A stretch of DNA of 64,000 nucleotides from Octopus bimaculoides (lineage: Eukaryota): NCBI RefSeq assembly GCF_001194135.2, contig NC_068981.1:22585690-22649689 (forward strand), written 5' to 3'. Shown here piece by piece: positions 60,173 through 64,000 of the stretch. Within the stretch, counting starts at the first letter, position 1. The number at the start of each line of letters is the position of its first letter. The position numbers were made by a program, and so were the translations under genes. The notes beneath the pieces were generated by a model. That model was not told where the DNA came from. It worked only from the letters and a program-made list of their open reading frames with translations, and did no database searches.

Positions 60173-61939
60173 CTCTAAGCCATAAAAACACCAAAAAGAC
60201 CTCCATATTCATCACTGTAGCTGTTCTCTTGTTTCCAGACATGACCCTAGAATCTTTGAGTTACAATGATAATAGGTATAGACATGGGCGTGGCTGTGTA
60301 GTATTGAAGTTTGCTTCCCAGCCACAACAGTTTCAAGTTTAGTCTATAAGGCATCTTGGGCCAGTGCTTTCTGTAATAGCCCTGGGTTCATCAAAGCCTC
60401 ATAAATGGTTTTGGCTGATGGAAGCTGAAAGAATCCTGTTTTACATACATACTTATTTACGTAAGTACATGAGTAGTGTTTGTCTGTTTCTTTGTCTTGA
60501 CATCGCATGATAGTGAACAAGCATCACTGCCATAGAAGTGGTACCCTTCATTTCCAGTGTTTCATGGAAACATGTCTGGCTAGGAGGGAATATTACTACT
60601 TGGTGACAAGGAGGGAGAAAGTCTGCCCCATGCAAACTTGGAAATGCAGATGTCAAAATGGTGTTGTTGCTGCCGTTAATTTGCCAGTGGATTTGATAGT
60701 AAAATAGAAAGGATTTGATAAAGCAATAGATAACTTAAAGAAATATTAAATAAGTAAACTGATTCTGTAGAAAGCATGGGAAATAGAAAGAACAACATGA
60801 GGTCCATGAATGAAGAATGGGTGCTATTTTGTGCATGTGCAGAAACCACTTAAGTCTATGTGTAAAGTGAATGAGCCAAGTGGATGCACGACATGGCATC
60901 TCGTTTTAGAGTCATACTTTTCATGTCCTTTACTGGATACTTTATAGAGAAGTAGTATGTATTGCTATGATGGAACAGTTCCAATGGGTCTTATCATAAG
61001 TGCTTCAGTCACTTGAAATTTAAAGTGACAAGAAACATTTTAATTACCAACAGTTAAATGCCACTCTTGTCTTAAATAATCCCAACAGTTGTGTTACGAC
61101 TAATATGGACCAGCCCAGTCCAGCTAAATAACAGAGCTGCATTGCATCATTGTTGAACAGACCCACATGACAGCTCCAGTACTGTTATCATTGAGCAGTT
61201 TAGTGGTACAGCAATACTATTTCTGGCAATAATTCCACCATTCCTTCTAAAGACTGTCATTCTATGAAATATTTTCCCTGCTCAAATTTCTCTTTGTTAC
61301 CATATATTGAACTTTTAGTTGTTTAAGCAGAATGCCATCATCAATCTCACCAGTTTGAGATAACCTATATTAGGCATGGATACTCAGCAGCTGTTCCTGG
61401 GATGCAGTTGCCCCCAGATGCATTAATACCAGATTCAGGGGTAAAAGGGTGCTAAATTTTTTCTGGCCTGTTAAAGTTGGAACACTGTGTTTTGGACCCT
61501 AGGCATTGAGAAACCTTTGATATGACCCTTTGGGCACTCCTCCTCTTTCTTTGACTAATTCATAAAACAAATAAAAAAAAAATTAATCCTTAATATTATA
61601 GATCTTTCTCCCTTCCATGCCCACAGAATATGAATTGTCCAAAAGAGGAATAAATCTTTTACTATGAAGACAAGGAAAAGTTTAATGCTTTGGGCAGTAC
61701 TGAATAGTTAAACCTTCCACATTTTTCTGCTCTTGAACTGACCCAACAAAAGGGCAGTAGCACAAGCAACTCTTCTACTGCCCAGCCATGACCACCACCA
61801 CCACCACTGCTGCCATCTACTCCCTGCTATCTGGTAACTTTATTCTAAAAGCAACTCTTCAAAAAAGACCTACTGATGCATTGCTACACCAAGTAGGTTC
61901 CACTTCTGAGTCATAGCTTCAGATATTATTTATTATAAT

Positions 61940-62075
61940 AATTCTAAACTATTGGTATTGGCGATGGTACTGATAGTAATAGTAGTACTACTAATAGTAG
62001 TAGTGGTTGTAGTACTAATAATGTTAGTGGCTGTTGTTGTAGTAGTAGTAGCCATAGCAGTAGTAGCAGTACTAT
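61940..62075. repeat. Degenerate (TAG/GTA)n trinucleotide tract
   Basis: Directly visible; source of the poly-V/poly-T ORFs. Confidence 0.85.
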
Positions 62076-63954
62076 TGATTTTCTCCTCTCGGCATTTTGA
62101 CAATGAATGGAAGGCTATGATCACTTCTAACACAATGGAATTGGTATTCTAGCTTCTAATGTTTGTTATGATCATTATTGATTTGTATGTCAGATCTCCA
62201 TCTATCTTGCTATTTAGTTATATATTTACTAGTTTGTTTGTTTGTTTGTTTGTTTATTCACCAGTAGTTGCTTGGGTAACGGCGAAACTTAATCATCTTG
62301 CTTCCAAAGAGGAGAAAAAAAAAGTCTTACTTTCTTTAGAGTCACTTTACATACATAACGATATTGTTTCTTTTTTTAAGTTATTAGTTATTCTGTTTTA
62401 GCATTTAGTAATTCTTTCAAAGGTCCGACAAGTTTTTTGTTAAGTGCATAATAGTATTTAGTTGTTTCTAAGATCAAACCCCCACCAGAACCAGCTTTGT
62501 GATTTGCCCTCCAGGGTCAGAAGAAGTTCTAGTAATGTACTGGAGTTAATTCATTCAATTATATTACTCATTTATCAAAATTGTCATTGTAATTCCATGT
62601 GTATACATACTCATACATTCAAAATATACATACACACACATATAAATATATTTACTGATGAAATGAAATAGGTAACCATGGAATGAAGCCATGACTTTGA
62701 ATAAATATATATACGTATGTGTGTGTGTATGTATATATATATATATATACATACACACACACTCAAGTTATGCGTTAATACTTAGGATTTTAACTATAAG
62801 TTATGTAAGACATGTATAAGCACTTATCTAGAGGGTGATGCTGGGGGTTAATCATCATTTTACATCTGTTTTTTCATGCTTGGGTGGGTTAAATTGGTCT
62901 TCTCCGAGTGACTATGAAATTATGTGTAATCCTTATGTTATAAGGACTTGCACTGTTAACTTTAAGCATTAACATTTTTATGTAACCTTAATTTGACAGC
63001 ATAGATGGCAGGGTCTTTTTGGTGTAATTGGTAATGAGGTCATCATAAGCAAGCGCATGTTTGATTTGTATATATATGTATATATATGTTTGTGTGTCTG
63101 TTTTTGTCCCCCCATCATCGTTTGACAACCAATGTTGGTGTGTTTACATCCCCGTAACTTAGCAGTTTGGCAAAAGAGACTGATAGAATAAGTACTAGGC
63201 TTACAAACAATAAGTCTTGGGGTTGATTTGTTTGACTAAAGGCAGTGCTCCAGCATGGCCACAGTCAAATGACTGAAACAAATAAAAGAATATATATATA
63301 GGAGTGCAGGCATGGCTGTGTGGTCAAGAAGTGTGCTTCCAGCACTGTGGTTATGGATCCAGTCCACTGTGTGGCACCTTGGGCAAGTGCCTTCTGCTAT
63401 AGTCCTGACCAACTAAAGCCTTGTGAGCAGATGTGATAAGACAAAAAGCTAAAAGATGCCCATAGTATATACATAGATACATGTCTTCTTGGCTTGACAG
63501 CATGTAACAGATGGAAACAACTATCACCATCATTCAAGTGATGTCCCTTGTTTCCAGTCTTCTGTGAAAACATGTCCTGGCACAGGAAGTTGTTACCCCA
63601 ACTGGAAACTGATGAGGGTTGGAAACCTCAAATCTCATCTTACCTATGCAAGTATGGAAGAGTATACTTTAAAATGATGATGATGATAGCCTTGTGAGTG
63701 GATTTGGTAGAGTGAAACTGAAAGAAGCGCATCCTCTGTGTGTGTGTGTGTGTGTATTTGTGTTAGTTCTCCACCCCCACTTGATAACTGGTGTTGGTGT
63801 GTTTATGTCCGTACAACCTAGCAGTTTGGCAAAAGAGACTGATAGAATAGATATTGGGGTCGATTTGTTTGACTAGAATTCTTCAAGGTGGTGCCCCAGT
63901 AAGGCTGTAGTCTGATGACTGAAACAAGTAAAAGATTATATATATATGTATATA

Positions 63955-64000
<46 letters not shown>

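Overview
AT-rich eukaryotic genomic DNA, dense in microsatellites, with 7 assembly gaps (24750-24995, 26893-26922, 29299-30092, 37980-37989, 42466-42475, 44805-45672, 58363-58372). The repeats match those I recall from octopus/coleoid cephalopod genomes; this is inference, not a database result. No intact host gene is recognisable, and almost every ORF in the supplied track comes from microsatellites, N-runs or SINEs. The window holds dozens of SINE copies (my local labels A-G), CR1-like LINE remnants, a full-length but dead Tc1 nested in a hAT-like MITE, other MITEs, and Penelope-like element (PLE) remnants. The most notable signal is four type-I hammerhead ribozyme (HHR) motifs in three unrelated sequence contexts between 42.3 and 48.3 kb. 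Two have an intact catalytic core and sit in a 256-bp, 98%-identical inverted repeat. One degenerate copy has a perfect fold-back at its 5' end. Another degenerate copy lies downstream of a tRNA-like Pol III head beside a PLE reverse-transcriptase fragment. Also seen: two independent insertions of one SINE at the same site of another SINE, a CpG-retaining promoter/exon-like island at about 18.6-22 kb, and several unconfirmed small-exon candidates.
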